Shown here one piece after another: positions 28,923 through 38,818 of a stretch of 64,000 nucleotides of DNA. The translations under genes were made by a program, and so were the position numbers. The notes under the pieces were generated by a model. That model searched no databases. It had not been told where the DNA came from and was given only the letters and a program-made list of their open reading frames with translations. Each line of letters begins with the position of its first letter. The first letter of the stretch is position 1. The stretch comes from Vicinamibacteria bacterium (GTDB lineage Bacteria; Acidobacteriota; Vicinamibacteria; Marinacidobacterales; Marinacidobacteraceae), in assembly GCA_963668695.2 (NCBI GenBank), contig CAXXLQ010000004.1:1152001-1216000 (forward strand), given 5' to 3'.

Positions 28923-30761
28923 ATGTGCGGCATCATCGGCTATCTGGGTCCCCGCCCGGCCGCCCCGATTCTTCTGGAGGGGCTGAAGCGCCTCGAGTAC
29001 CGGGGCTACGACTCCGCCGGACTGGCCGTCCTGGACGGCGGCGCCCTCACCGTCGAGAAGCGCGCGGGAAAGATCAGTGACCTCACGGCGGCGCTGCACG
29101 GCGCTCTGCCACCCGGCGGATGCGGCATCGCCCACACCCGTTGGGCCACTCACGGGGCTCCCAACCGGGTCAACGCCCATCCGCAGGTCTCGGCGGCAGG
29201 CGACATCGCCGTCGTCCACAACGGCATCATCGAGAACGCAGCCCGGTTGCGCCCGTGGCTGCGCGACCGGGGGTACGCGCTGTGCAGCGAAACGGACACC
29301 GAAGTCCTGGTCCACCTCATGGACTTCGCCTTCCGGGACACCGATCTGCTGGAGGACGCGGTGGCGAGTGCGCTGGCGCGGGCGGAGGGCGCCTACGGCA
29401 TTGCCGTGGTCACCTCGCGGGACCCCGGCAAGATCGTGGTGGCGGCGAACGGCAGCCCCTTGCTACTCGGCATCGGTTCCGGGAACGAGCTCTTCGCGGC
29501 TTCGGATGCGGCGGCGGTGGTCGGGCACACCCGGAAAGTCGTGCGGCTCAGCGATGGGGATTCCGCTGTTCTCACCCCGGAGGGTTACCGGACCTTCGAC
29601 CCGGCGCGGCGGGCGGTGCTGCGCGGGTTCTCGGAGGTCGCGTGGGGCGCGGAGGCAGTCGGCAAGGACGGCTACGACCACTTCATGTACAAGGAGATCC
29701 GCGAACAGCCCGCCACCCTGCGTGATGTCCTGCGGGGACGGCTCGTCGAGAAGGACGGGGTTTCCCAGCTCGGCGGCGTCACCATGTCCGACCGCGAGCT
29801 CCGGGCGGTGGACCGGATCCTCATCACCGCCTGCGGAACCAGCCGCTACGCCGGGATGATCGGGGCCCGGATGATCGAGGACCTCGCCCAGGTTCCGGCG
29901 GCCGTGGAGTACGCCTCCGAATTCCGCTACCGCAACAGCGTGCTCACTCCGAACACGCTGGTCATCGGGATCAGCCAGTCGGGCGAGACCGCCGACACCC
30001 TGGCCGCGCTCCGCGAAGCCCGGCGCCGCGGCTGCCGCATCATGGGCATCGTGAACACGGTCGGCTCCACGATCGCGGTCGAGACGGATTTCGGGGTGTA
30101 CCTGCACGCCGGCCCCGAGATCGGCGTCGCTTCCACCAAGTCCTTCACGAGCCAGGTGATCGCGCTCGCGCTGTTCACGCTCTACCTCGGCCGCCGGCGC
30201 AACCTCTCGCTGCGGGACGGACGCCGCCTGGTGCGCGCCCTGGAGCAGCTCCCCGGCCAGGTGGAAGAGGCGCTCCTCGTGGACCCCCAGATCAAGGAAC
30301 TCGCCCGGAAGTACCAAGACGCCCCGGGCTTTTTGTTCATGGGCCGCGGCTACCAGTATCCGGTCGCCCTCGAGGGCGCCCTGAAGCTGAAGGAAGTGAG
30401 CTACGTCCACGCCGAGGGCTACCCGGCCGGGGAGATGAAGCATGGACCCATCGCCCTCGTGGACCGGGACGTGGCGGTGGTCGTGCTGGCGACGCGGGGC
30501 GAGGGGATGTACACCAAGACCCTCTCGAACATCGAGGAGGTGCGCGCCCGCGGGGGCCGGGTCATCGCGGTGGTGAACGACCTGGATGATGAACTTGCCG
30601 GCCGGGTGGACGACCGGATCGTGATTCCCCGGACGGACCCCGTCCTGATGCCGGTGCTCGCCTCAGTGCCCCTCCAGCTCCTCGCCTACCACGCGGCGGT
30701 GCTGCGCGGCTGCGATGTGGACCAGCCCCGCAACCTTGCCAAGTCCGTCACCGTGGAGTAG
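28923..30761 (+). CDS. glmS: Glutamine-fructose-6-phosphate transaminase
   Basis: MCGIIGY, LEYRGYDSAG, HTRWATHG, SQSGETADT and PRNLAKSVTVE. Confidence 0.97.
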   Translation: MCGIIGYLGPRPAAPILLEGLKRLEYRGYDSAGLAVLDGGALTVEKRAGKISDLTAALHGALPPGGCGIAHTRWATHGAPNRVNAHPQVSAAGDIAVVHNGIIENAARLRPWLRDRGYALCSETDTEVLVHLMDFAFRDTDLLEDAVASALARAEGAYGIAVVTSRDPGKIVVAANGSPLLLGIGSGNELFAASDAAAVVGHTRKVVRLSDGDSAVLTPEGYRTFDPARRAVLRGFSEVAWGAEAVGKDGYDHFMYKEIREQPATLRDVLRGRLVEKDGVSQLGGVTMSDRELRAVDRILITACGTSRYAGMIGARMIEDLAQVPAAVEYASEFRYRNSVLTPNTLVIGISQSGETADTLAALREARRRGCRIMGIVNTVGSTIAVETDFGVYLHAGPEIGVASTKSFTSQVIALALFTLYLGRRRNLSLRDGRRLVRALEQLPGQVEEALLVDPQIKELARKYQDAPGFLFMGRGYQYPVALEGALKLKEVSYVHAEGYPAGEMKHGPIALVDRDVAVVVLATRGEGMYTKTLSNIEEVRARGGRVIAVVNDLDDELAGRVDDRIVIPRTDPVLMPVLASVPLQLLAYHAAVLRGCDVDQPRNLAKSVTVE

Positions 30762-30904
30762 CGAGGGCCGACCGCCGGCGAGGGCGCCCCTACCGGGAGG
30801 ACCCGGCCGATCTCTGATCGGCGCACGGTGGCGCACGGGTGGCGAGCTCACCCGGGGAGGCCTTTTCTCCGAGCCGAACCCGCTCGGCCGGTCTCGACGG
30901 GCCG

Positions 30905-31480
30905 CTATGCGCTGACGCGGATGCGCGATGCAGCGCCCATTGCCAGGCGATCGAATACCCCGTCAACCGAATCGGCCACCGCGTAGAGGTCGCGTGACTC
31001 GGTCTGGGCGAAACCCTCGGCCACGATATGGTCGAACAGAGACAGGAGTGGATTCCAAAAACCTCGATGGTTTGCAAGAACGATCGGCTTGTCGTGGAAG
31101 CCGAGCTGTCGCCAGGTGAGCACTTCGAGGGTTTCCTCAAGGGTTCCGAAACCGCCCGGCAGCGACACGAAGCCATCGGCGCGGTGGAACATCTGCTGCT
31201 TCCGCTCGTGCATGCTGTCCACTACGACAAGTTCTGTCAGTCCCGGGAAGGGAGGTTCCGATTCCATGAGTGAACGGGGGATAATTCCGACCACGCGTCC
31301 GCCGCCCGCCAGCGCCGCGTCCGCCACCGCACCCATCAGGCCGGTGCCGCCGGCACCGAAGATGAGCTCGATGCCGCGTGCAGCGCAGGCGGAACCGAAT
31401 GCGCGCGCGAAGTCTTCCTGTTCGCCATCATCTCCGCTCGACGACCCACAATAGACACAAAGTGCCCTGATCTCAGCCAA
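30905..31480 (-). CDS. LOG family (TIGR00730) nucleotide phosphoribohydrolase
   Basis: CVYCGSS, GLMGAVA, MHERK and PGGFGTLEE. Start uncertain (TTG 31480). Confidence 0.9.
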   Translation of the reverse strand: MAEIRALCVYCGSSSGDDGEQEDFARAFGSACAARGIELIFGAGGTGLMGAVADAALAGGGRVVGIIPRSLMESEPPFPGLTELVVVDSMHERKQQMFHRADGFVSLPGGFGTLEETLEVLTWRQLGFHDKPIVLANHRGFWNPLLSLFDHIVAEGFAQTESRDLYAVADSVDGVFDRLAMGAASRIRVSA

Positions 31481-31556
31481 CGCAGACCCTACATATCGGG
31501 TATTCAGTTCATGATCTTCATACATTTCGAATAACAGCATCTAGCTTACCGCGATC

Positions 31557-31638
31557 GCCGTCACCCGCGACAACGCCCGAATTCTCGGCATGGACGACAA
31601 GCTCGGCACCCTGGAGGTGGGCAAGCTGGCCGATGTCC
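31557..31638 (+). pseudogene. Copy of a 3' segment of amidohydrolase 26606-28051
   Basis: 82 nt matching 27812-27893 with 4 mismatches, 3 of them synonymous. Confidence 0.9.
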
Positions 31639-31741
31639 GACCGCACAGCGCGATGAGCGTCATTCCCGCCATCTGGTTGTGCTGGGCCGGCGGCATGCCC
31701 AAGGTTTCGAGGATCTCCTGTACTTCTCCGACGTCAGCCAA
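31639..31741 (-). pseudogene. N-terminal remnant of a BsuBI/PstI-like restriction endonuclease
   Basis: MADVGEVQEILETLGMPPAQHNQMAGMTLIALCG, coupled to the MTase stop and cut off at the duplicated segment. Confidence 0.65.
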
Positions 31742-33392
31742 CGGCTGCCTCCTTGAACGCTGGAGGGGCGATCACGCTTGTGACCAGCGTATCGAGCTCG
31801 GCCACTGGATCGGCAAGATGCTTCGCCCGGCGTCCGAGCGCGACGATCGTCTCGCGCGCGGGAAGCGGCATGGCGCGCAGTTCGGTGGCGCTTACCTGGG
31901 TGTTGCCGTTGACCGCTCGGAACCAGGTGTCGAGGAGGCGGCTGTTGTAGAGCGCCGCCAGACCCCAGGCCTCGTCCTCCGAGAGTTGGCCTCCGGGCCG
32001 GTGAACGTAGTTGAGATGGTTCTCCAGCCCGATTTCCGGCACGGCGAAGTCGGCGGCGATATAAGGGGCGGCCGTCAACCGGCGCGGTTCTTCCTTGGCG
32101 CTGAAGCGCCGGATGAGCACGTAGTTGCTGCTCGGAACAAGAAGCGCCTTGGCCGTTCGCGCGATGCACTCGGGTTTGTGGCGATCTAACGGCCACGTAG
32201 CCTTCATGGCGCGCACATGGTTCATCCAGAGGAGAGGCACGTGGCTCGCCGGGACATTCCCCTCCCCCGCAATGAGTTCCGTCGCTCGAAATGGCACCAC
32301 GGGCCCGGTTGAGATGTTCAGCCCCTGCTCGGCCAGACTGCTCGGCCACGAATCCACCAGTGCCAGCGTTTCCTCGTCGTCGTCGCAGACCGGCAGCCGG
32401 AGGACCTTGTCCACCGAAGCAAGATCAAGCACCTTCTCTGCGGAAACCTCCCGGACGCTCGGCTTGTGGATGTCGTCGACTCCGAAGCTCGACGATATTG
32501 CGAGAGGCATGGTGCCGCGGTTCCGGTGCCAGCGGTCCTGGCGGACGCCAGAGACGATGACGTTCTCCTGAAGCACCGCGTCCCGGCGGAACGCGTCGCG
32601 CCGGGAGCCGAACACATGGACTCCGGTCGGCCGGATCATGTCGAAGAAAACGGTGCGGAACTGCCGAAAATACGGACCCGACGCGAAGCTGCGTGGCGTG
32701 ATGAACACGAAGTCCCCGTGCTGCCGCAACAGCGAGGCGCCGACCGCCATGAACAGCGCGTAGATGTTCGGCTGGCCGTGGACCACCTCGGACGCGGCCG
32801 CCGCGCGGGGATCGTCCTTGCCGATCTTGAAGTAGGGCGGGTTGGCGATGACGACGTCGAAGTTTTCGGTGTCCGCCCGCCCGGGGAAAAGCCCGCGCGG
32901 ACGCAAAGCGCCGGGATTCGCCATGATGAAGTCGGCGGCTTCGATGTGGACTGAGACCGTCACTTCATAGCGGGTGCGGCACCAATCGGCGAGATGGTCG
33001 AGGACGGCCCTTAGCGGCGCCAGCAGATCCTTGTCGATCTCGTAGGCGACCAACTCGACGACACCGGGCTTCGGCCGCCGGGAGACGAGTGCCTGCACCG
33101 CGGCGCAGCAGAGGATGCCGACGCCCGCGGCGGGATCGAGGACCCGGGCCTCTTGCGCCTCGCTCGTGATCCTCCCGGCCATGAAATCAGCGACTGGCGC
33201 CGGCGTGAGAAAGAGACCGTGGTCCTTCCGCTCCTGATCGGATTTCTGTCTGATGCACCATTCGCCGATGCGGTCGGCATAGGCCGTGGGTCGCTCCGTC
33301 GTGCGGGGTCCGGGCATGGTTCGGTACGGCTGCGCGGGCGCAGCGCCGGGGTGCTTTCCGAGCGCCTGGTTCAAGATCGGCCTTCTCGACAC
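31734..33392 (-). CDS. Type II N6-adenine DNA methyltransferase (M.BsuBI/PstI-like, Eco57I domain)
   Basis: FLTP, LDPAAGVG, ANPPY, LENHLN and GNTQV.ATEL. Confidence 0.9.
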   Translation of the reverse strand: MSRRPILNQALGKHPGAAPAQPYRTMPGPRTTERPTAYADRIGEWCIRQKSDQERKDHGLFLTPAPVADFMAGRITSEAQEARVLDPAAGVGILCCAAVQALVSRRPKPGVVELVAYEIDKDLLAPLRAVLDHLADWCRTRYEVTVSVHIEAADFIMANPGALRPRGLFPGRADTENFDVVIANPPYFKIGKDDPRAAAASEVVHGQPNIYALFMAVGASLLRQHGDFVFITPRSFASGPYFRQFRTVFFDMIRPTGVHVFGSRRDAFRRDAVLQENVIVSGVRQDRWHRNRGTMPLAISSSFGVDDIHKPSVREVSAEKVLDLASVDKVLRLPVCDDDEETLALVDSWPSSLAEQGLNISTGPVVPFRATELIAGEGNVPASHVPLLWMNHVRAMKATWPLDRHKPECIARTAKALLVPSSNYVLIRRFSAKEEPRRLTAAPYIAADFAVPEIGLENHLNYVHRPGGQLSEDEAWGLAALYNSRLLDTWFRAVNGNTQVSATELRAMPLPARETIVALGRRAKHLADPVAELDTLVTSVIAPPAFKEAAVG

Positions 33393-33652
33393 GCGGCCTC
33401 TTTACTGCTGCCCGCTTGCTCCCCCAGGGTGAGAAGCCACTCGGGTTGGGTGTGGTGTCGCCGTCCACAGCTTCGGCTTGCCCGCGGGGTCATCCAGGCA
33501 GGGGGCGCGTTGCGTCGGGATGCCGGGGCGTTGAACGCGGCGTAGTCTGCCTGGTCCAGGCTCACGGTCAGCCCTCTTCACCCCACGTTGGCCATCGCCT
33601 CTTCATGGCTGCATCCTGAACCCGTTCGGCAGCGTACATTGCTACCCACCAG

Positions 33653-33733
33653 TCAGCAATAGGCGCGATGCAGAGCGCGGCTCCGGACGCGTCGCCGGAT
33701 GGCGGCGGCCATGTCTCCCATCGGCGGGATCAC
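33653..33733 (-). pseudogene. Possible AbiEii toxin N-terminal remnant
   Basis: GTG overlaps the AbiEi stop; reads ..DMAAAIRRRV.. and then hits an early stop. Confidence 0.35.
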
Positions 33734-34320
33734 ACTGATAGCGCCTCGAGAACCGGGCCGACGAGCGACTTTGCGCGGCAAACCTCGGCCGCGCGCCAGA
33801 CTTCGTCGGAACTCGCTTTGCGCTCACGCAGGGCGTCGCGGAGCGCCTCGAGGGCCACGTCCATGCCGACCAGTCGGCGGAAGCGGAAGCAGTCCACGAC
33901 GGTGCGGGCTGGGCTGGTGATACGCGCGGGAACGCCTTCGAAGACTGTTTTCTCGACCCCGTAGAGCAGCGAGGCTCCGGAGAAGCGGACCACCCTGACC
34001 GGCAGCTCCGGAATGCGGGGCGTGCGGGCCTTGTGCGGGATCGCGATCCAGACATCGCGCGGAAGCTGGGTGCCGATTTCGTAAATGCACAGGGCGGTCA
34101 GCAGACAGACGATGGCGCGCGGGACCCGCACGCACACGGCAGCGTGGGTGTAATGCTCGGTCAATTCGGCCTCAGCGAGGCGGTAGACGCCGCGCGCTAC
34201 GCGCTCCACCGATCCATCGTTCACCAGGCGTCCGAGCGCGCGGGAGTGGACGCCCAGTTCGGCAGCTTCGTGCGCCCGGAAGAAGGTCTTCCCGGCGAGG
34301 TCCGATAGCCCGGCGACACC
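33730..34320 (-). CDS. Type IV TA antitoxin, AbiEi family
   Basis: ERVARGVY, AIVCLLTAL and ITSPARTVVDCFRFR..VG.DVALEAL. Start codon not clear. Confidence 0.85.
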   Translation of the reverse strand, partial: GVAGLSDLAGKTFFRAHEAAELGVHSRALGRLVNDGSVERVARGVYRLAEAELTEHYTHAAVCVRVPRAIVCLLTALCIYEIGTQLPRDVWIAIPHKARTPRIPELPVRVVRFSGASLLYGVEKTVFEGVPARITSPARTVVDCFRFRRLVGMDVALEALRDALRERKASSDEVWRAAEVCRAKSLVGPVLEALSV

Positions 34321-34767
34321 CGCCGAGGAGTGCTGTCCGAACCTATCAGGAGATGCCGCCGACTGCCTCGGTCCAGACCAGACAAGCTCCGACCAGGCAT
34401 CAAGTTGCAGGAGTCCGCTCCGACCATCGCGAACGCGGTCCTTTCCTGTGAACCTGCATCGGTTGCAGGCAGCTCCGACCATCGTGGTCCGGTTCCTTCT
34501 CCCACAACGCGCCCGGTGGACGCTAGTAGATTGCCTGCTCCCGGACACGGTGCGCCCGAGATCGCCCGGCGACAGCTGCCTCTCCATCAAGCCGGCAGGC
34601 ATCTCTGTTCACAATTGCCTACGATAGTCCATCCGCAGAGGGTTGCGCGCCAACATCTGTGCGAGCTTTCGATAGTCCCGCGGATGTCCTAGGCTCTTCA
34701 AGCGACGACCTCCTCGAAGAGGGTTTTCTGTTGACCATCAGCCGGCATCTCTGTGGCATGACTACGA

Positions 34768-34984
34768 CGACCATCTCTCCAGGTGACGGCGAGTTCGCGG
34801 TAATGATGGGGCTGGCGATTCCGCCCGACGGATGCGTATCCTCCGGTCGGCGATGACGGTGGCGGTCGGGTGCTGGGTCTGGAGGGCGAGATCGGCTGGT
34901 TCCACCCAGGTTCGGCGCCTGTGTGGATCGCGGTGGAGGGAATCGGCTCGACAACATCCGGGTGATGGAGGATGTGCGCTTCGT
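34768..34984 (+). pseudogene. Degenerate copy of the 3' end of amidohydrolase 24298-25557
   Basis: Aligns to ~25300-25524 with indels; shared blocks include GCTCGACAACATCCGGGTGATGGAGGATGT. Confidence 0.85.
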
Positions 34985-35220
34985 TGGGGTTGTCACGATA
35001 TGCCGATCCCCCTCCAGAGTATTGAAGAACGTGGAAAGCACAGACGGTCTAGGCGTTTCGCGGCCTGCGGCCGCGATGCCGGTCTGAAGACCGGCGGTCC
35101 CTCTCCAGCTCTGTCGCCAAGGCCGGGTCGGCGATTCCCGGCGGGGCACCGGCGCCCACGTCTAACCCGCTGAAGCGGCAAGTGTTTCGCTCGAGGAAGC
35201 GTTACGGCGCACCGTTTCCG

Positions 35221-35499
35221 GGCGGTCCCTATACTCGCTGACCCCCACTCAGGAAGGACGGAGGTCCTCGTTCACCGGGAGGTGACTCATGCGAAAGCGA
35301 TTTACCAGGTTCGGCCGCCGGCCTGGCATCGCTTGACCCTGGTGGCTTGGCCGTCGTCACGGGACGCAGTCCCAAACCGGCTCGGCGCGCGCTGGCCGTG
35401 ACCGGCCGGCGGTCCCTATACTCGCTGACCCCCACTCAGGAAGGACGGAGTCCTCGTTCACCGGGAGGTGACTCATGCGAAAGCGATTTACCAGGTTCG
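35221..35499 (+). repeat. Duplicated promoter/RBS/first codons of the TonB receptor gene
   Basis: 35221-35313 and 35408-35499 are identical except for a 1-nt indel. Confidence 0.9.
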
Positions 35500-38342
35500 C
35501 GATCCTTGGGGTCGCGCTAGCGCTCGCGCTGGGTGCAGGAGCTCAGACGTCCACGGTGAGCGACGCCACCGGAGCGGTGCTCCCGGGCGTCACCGTCACC
35601 GCGTCCAGCCCGGCGCTGATCCAGGACCAGGTGGTGGTCAGCGGCGGCCAGGGGACCTACGTCTTCCCGGCGCTCCCCACCGGGGCGTACACGGTCGGCT
35701 TCGCCCTGCCCGGGTTCGGTTCGGTGGTCCGCGAAAACATCCAGATGACCCTGAACACCACGCTCACCGTGAACACCACGCTGAATGTGGGCACCCTCGA
35801 AGAGGTGATCACCATCACCGGCCAGGCTCCGGTGGTGGACGTCAAGACCACCACCACCGGCGTGAACTTCACCGAGGAACTCCTCGAGGACATCCCGAAC
35901 GCCCGTGACATCTGGGCGGCGATGGCGCAGGCCCCCGGCTTCCAGATGGAGGGCTACGACGTCGGCGGCTCCCACATGGGCACCCAGACGGGATTCCAGG
36001 CCTTCGGCTTCGGGGACCAGCACCGCACGATGCTCGAGGGAATCAACGTCACCGAGACGACCTCGGGGAACGCCGGCTACTTCGACTACGGCAGCTTCGA
36101 GGACTTCCAGCTCGGCGGCTCGGGGAACATGGGCGAGACCCACGGACTCGGCGCCTTCTTCAACCTCACGGTGAAGTCCGGCGGCGACCGCTTCAATGGC
36201 GACATCTACGTGGACTTCGAGAACGACAGCACCGTCGGCGACAACGTCCCGGACGCGCTCCGGACCGGCGGCGGGACCAGCGGCCCCTACAAGGCGGGGT
36301 CCCGGGGCCTTGAAGCCGGCAACCCGATCACCCTCCAGAGCGACATCAACATCGGCATCGGCGGTCCGCTCTATCCCGGGAAGGCCTGGTTCTACGGCGG
36401 CTACCGGCTGAACCACCAGGAGAAGCTCACCATCGGGAACCCCGATCCGGCGACCACCCAGCTCGGCAACTGGACCGCGAAGGCGACCTACCAGCTCAGC
36501 GATTCCAGCCAGTTGATCGGTTTCTTCAACCGGCGCACCAAGCTGCAGGCGGAGCGCAACCTGGGGCCGACGATTCCGGTGGACGCCGCCTGGTACCAGA
36601 GTTCGGTGAACAAGCCGATGAAGCTCGGGTACACGAACGTCCTCACCGACAAGGTCTTCCTGAACCTGCAGCTCAGCCACTGGATCAACCAGTTCCCGCT
36701 GTTCTCGACCCAGACGAAGACGGAGAGCGTGGAAGGGCTGCTGCCCGGCCGGCTGGAGGTCAACACGGGCGACATCACCAACGCCCAGAACTACTACCAC
36801 TTGCGCAACGTCACCAAGCCGCAGATCTCCGGCAACCTGACCTACTTTGCGGACGACTTCGCCGGGCAGCACACGCTCAAGATCGGGACCGAGATCTACC
36901 GGGAACGCCGGAAATTCCTGCGGATGCAGCCGGGGGACATCTTCTATCGGGATCGTGACGGCGTGCCTTCCGAGGTGGACATCTACAACACCCCGAACAC
37001 CGGCGTGAACGACATCTTCCTCACCGCGATTTACGGGCAGGACTCCTGGACCCTCAACAACCGGCTGACCCTGAACCTCGGCTTCCGGTTCGACCGCTAC
37101 GTGATGGGCTGGCCGGACCAGTCCATGTCTCCGACCCACTCCGACATCTTCCCGCCGCTCGAAGTGGCGCAGCGGGACGTGCTGACCATGTCGAACATCG
37201 GGCCGCGCCTCGGCGCCGCTTTCGATCTGACCGGGAAGGGCCAGACGGTGGTGAAGCTGTTCTTCGGCCGCTTCTACTGGAACCCGAGCACCACCATCGT
37301 GGATGACGAGAACCCGGTGGGACAGGCCGCCTTCCGCCACGAGTTCAACGACCTGAACGGGAACCGGGTCCTGGACCCGGGTCCGAGCGGCCTCGGCGAC
37401 TCGCCCGAGCTCGGGGAAAAGATCAGCACCCTGGGGGGCGCGGGGTTCGTAACCGTGGACCCGAACCTGACGAACTCCTACGGTCACGAACTGTCGGCCC
37501 ACTTCGAGCAGCAGCTCGCCGACAACTTCTCCTTCCGGGCCTCCTACGTCAACAAGACCTCCCGGAACGGCTACGGGATCGTGGACCTGAACCGCGCCTT
37601 CGCCTACAACGTCCCCTACACCTTCGAAGACCGCGGGCCGGACAACGTGGCCGGGACCGGAGACGACCAGGCGGTCCAACTCATGGACCGCCAGCCGGGA
37701 GTCCCGGAAGACCGCCAGTACGTGAACCCCGGCGCCTACGGGCTTCCGAACCCGGACGGCAACTACCACACCGTGGAGGTGGCGCTGAACCGCCGCTTCG
37801 CGAACCGCTGGATGTTCCTGACCTCGTTCCTGCACACCTGGTCGAACGCCTACCTGCGCACCACGTCCTCGACGAGCGTGCGCGCCGCCGCCCGCTTTGA
37901 CTTCATCGAGGGCACGACCTACGAATGGCGGGCGAACCAGTCGCTCCGCCTGGGGCCGATCGACACCACCTACTGGAACTACAAGCTGGTGGCTCGCTAC
38001 ATCTTTCCCTGGGATCTCGGGGTGAGCGCCTCCTACAAACTCCAGAGCGGGTATGAGACCGGACGCCGCGTCAGCGTGCGGCTGCCGAACGCCGGCAGCG
38101 AGCGCGTGATGCCGGACGGCTACAACGACCGGGCGCCGAACGTCGGCATCTTCGACATGCGCGCCGAGAAGTCGTTCGGCCATCCGGGAGGAGCGACGAT
38201 GGCCCTTCTGTTCGACGGCTTCAACCTGACCAACAGCGCGACGGTGCTCAACTACCGGACCATCTCGGGTAACCGCTACAACGAGATCGTGGCGATTCTC
38301 GACCCCCGGGTGTTCCGGCTCGGCGTCCGGCTCGAGTTCTGA
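35475..38342 (+). CDS. TonB-dependent receptor-like outer-membrane protein (carboxypeptidase-regulatory domain plus Oar-type barrel)
   Basis: D.TGAVLPGVTVT, QDSW....LTLNLG.R.D, PRLG.A.DLTG.G.TV and C-terminal ...GVRLEF. Confidence 0.9.
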   Translation: MRKRFTRFAILGVALALALGAGAQTSTVSDATGAVLPGVTVTASSPALIQDQVVVSGGQGTYVFPALPTGAYTVGFALPGFGSVVRENIQMTLNTTLTVNTTLNVGTLEEVITITGQAPVVDVKTTTTGVNFTEELLEDIPNARDIWAAMAQAPGFQMEGYDVGGSHMGTQTGFQAFGFGDQHRTMLEGINVTETTSGNAGYFDYGSFEDFQLGGSGNMGETHGLGAFFNLTVKSGGDRFNGDIYVDFENDSTVGDNVPDALRTGGGTSGPYKAGSRGLEAGNPITLQSDINIGIGGPLYPGKAWFYGGYRLNHQEKLTIGNPDPATTQLGNWTAKATYQLSDSSQLIGFFNRRTKLQAERNLGPTIPVDAAWYQSSVNKPMKLGYTNVLTDKVFLNLQLSHWINQFPLFSTQTKTESVEGLLPGRLEVNTGDITNAQNYYHLRNVTKPQISGNLTYFADDFAGQHTLKIGTEIYRERRKFLRMQPGDIFYRDRDGVPSEVDIYNTPNTGVNDIFLTAIYGQDSWTLNNRLTLNLGFRFDRYVMGWPDQSMSPTHSDIFPPLEVAQRDVLTMSNIGPRLGAAFDLTGKGQTVVKLFFGRFYWNPSTTIVDDENPVGQAAFRHEFNDLNGNRVLDPGPSGLGDSPELGEKISTLGGAGFVTVDPNLTNSYGHELSAHFEQQLADNFSFRASYVNKTSRNGYGIVDLNRAFAYNVPYTFEDRGPDNVAGTGDDQAVQLMDRQPGVPEDRQYVNPGAYGLPNPDGNYHTVEVALNRRFANRWMFLTSFLHTWSNAYLRTTSSTSVRAAARFDFIEGTTYEWRANQSLRLGPIDTTYWNYKLVARYIFPWDLGVSASYKLQSGYETGRRVSVRLPNAGSERVMPDGYNDRAPNVGIFDMRAEKSFGHPGGATMALLFDGFNLTNSATVLNYRTISGNRYNEIVAILDPRVFRLGVRLEF

Positions 38343-38375
38343 CGAAAACCAGTTCTGACGAAACCCTGAAGGGAA

Positions 38376-38403
38376 GGAGCGCCGGCTTTCGGGCCAGCGC
38401 TCC
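38376..38403. terminator. Hairpin between convergent genes
   Basis: GGAGCGCCGGC-TTTCGG-GCCAGCGCTCC. A similar hairpin lies at 40464-40490. Confidence 0.5.
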
Positions 38404-38421
38404 GGACGCGGCGCCGCGGTC

Positions 38422-38650
38422 TTAGCCGCCGAACCGCGCCAGTCCGAAGAAGGGCTCCTTCTCGCGCTCGCTGAGCGCCTGCCCGGCCAGCATTTCGCCG
38501 AGGGCCGGGCCGAGCTGGTAGCCGTGCCCGGACCCGCCGCCGGCGATCCAGGCGTTCGCCGCCTCCGGGTGGGTGTCCACGATGACGTGCCCGTCGGCGC
38601 TTTGCTCGTACTGGCAGACCCGCGCCTCGATCAGCGGGGCGCCGCGCATT
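38422..38650 (-). pseudogene. C-terminal fragment of the FAD oxidoreductase
   Basis: MRGAPLIEARVCQYEQ...GGGSGHGYQLGP...FFGLARF matches the end of 40521-41825. Confidence 0.9.
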
Positions 38651-38818
38651 GTCATTGCCCTTTTCTTTCCCGGACGCCTGAGCGCAGGGCCCGGGGACTC
38701 GTACCCGGAGCCCGGGATTCGGCCGGGCCGGTGGGCGTACACTCGATCCGGAGGGCAGCGGTCCCTTGAGCGCCCGCCTGCCCGATTCCCATCCCCGATT
38801 CCCATCAAGGAGAGACCC

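Noticed and set aside
30762-30905. Tn7 insertion at attTn7 downstream of glmS
   Set aside because: No TGT...ACA ends, TnsB-site repeats or tns genes are visible.
35517-38183. Long antisense and alternate-frame ORFs (e.g. 35517-38183, 4954-6900, 41907-44075, 56500-58410)
   Set aside because: These are shadow ORFs of well-supported genes in high-GC DNA and carry no motifs.
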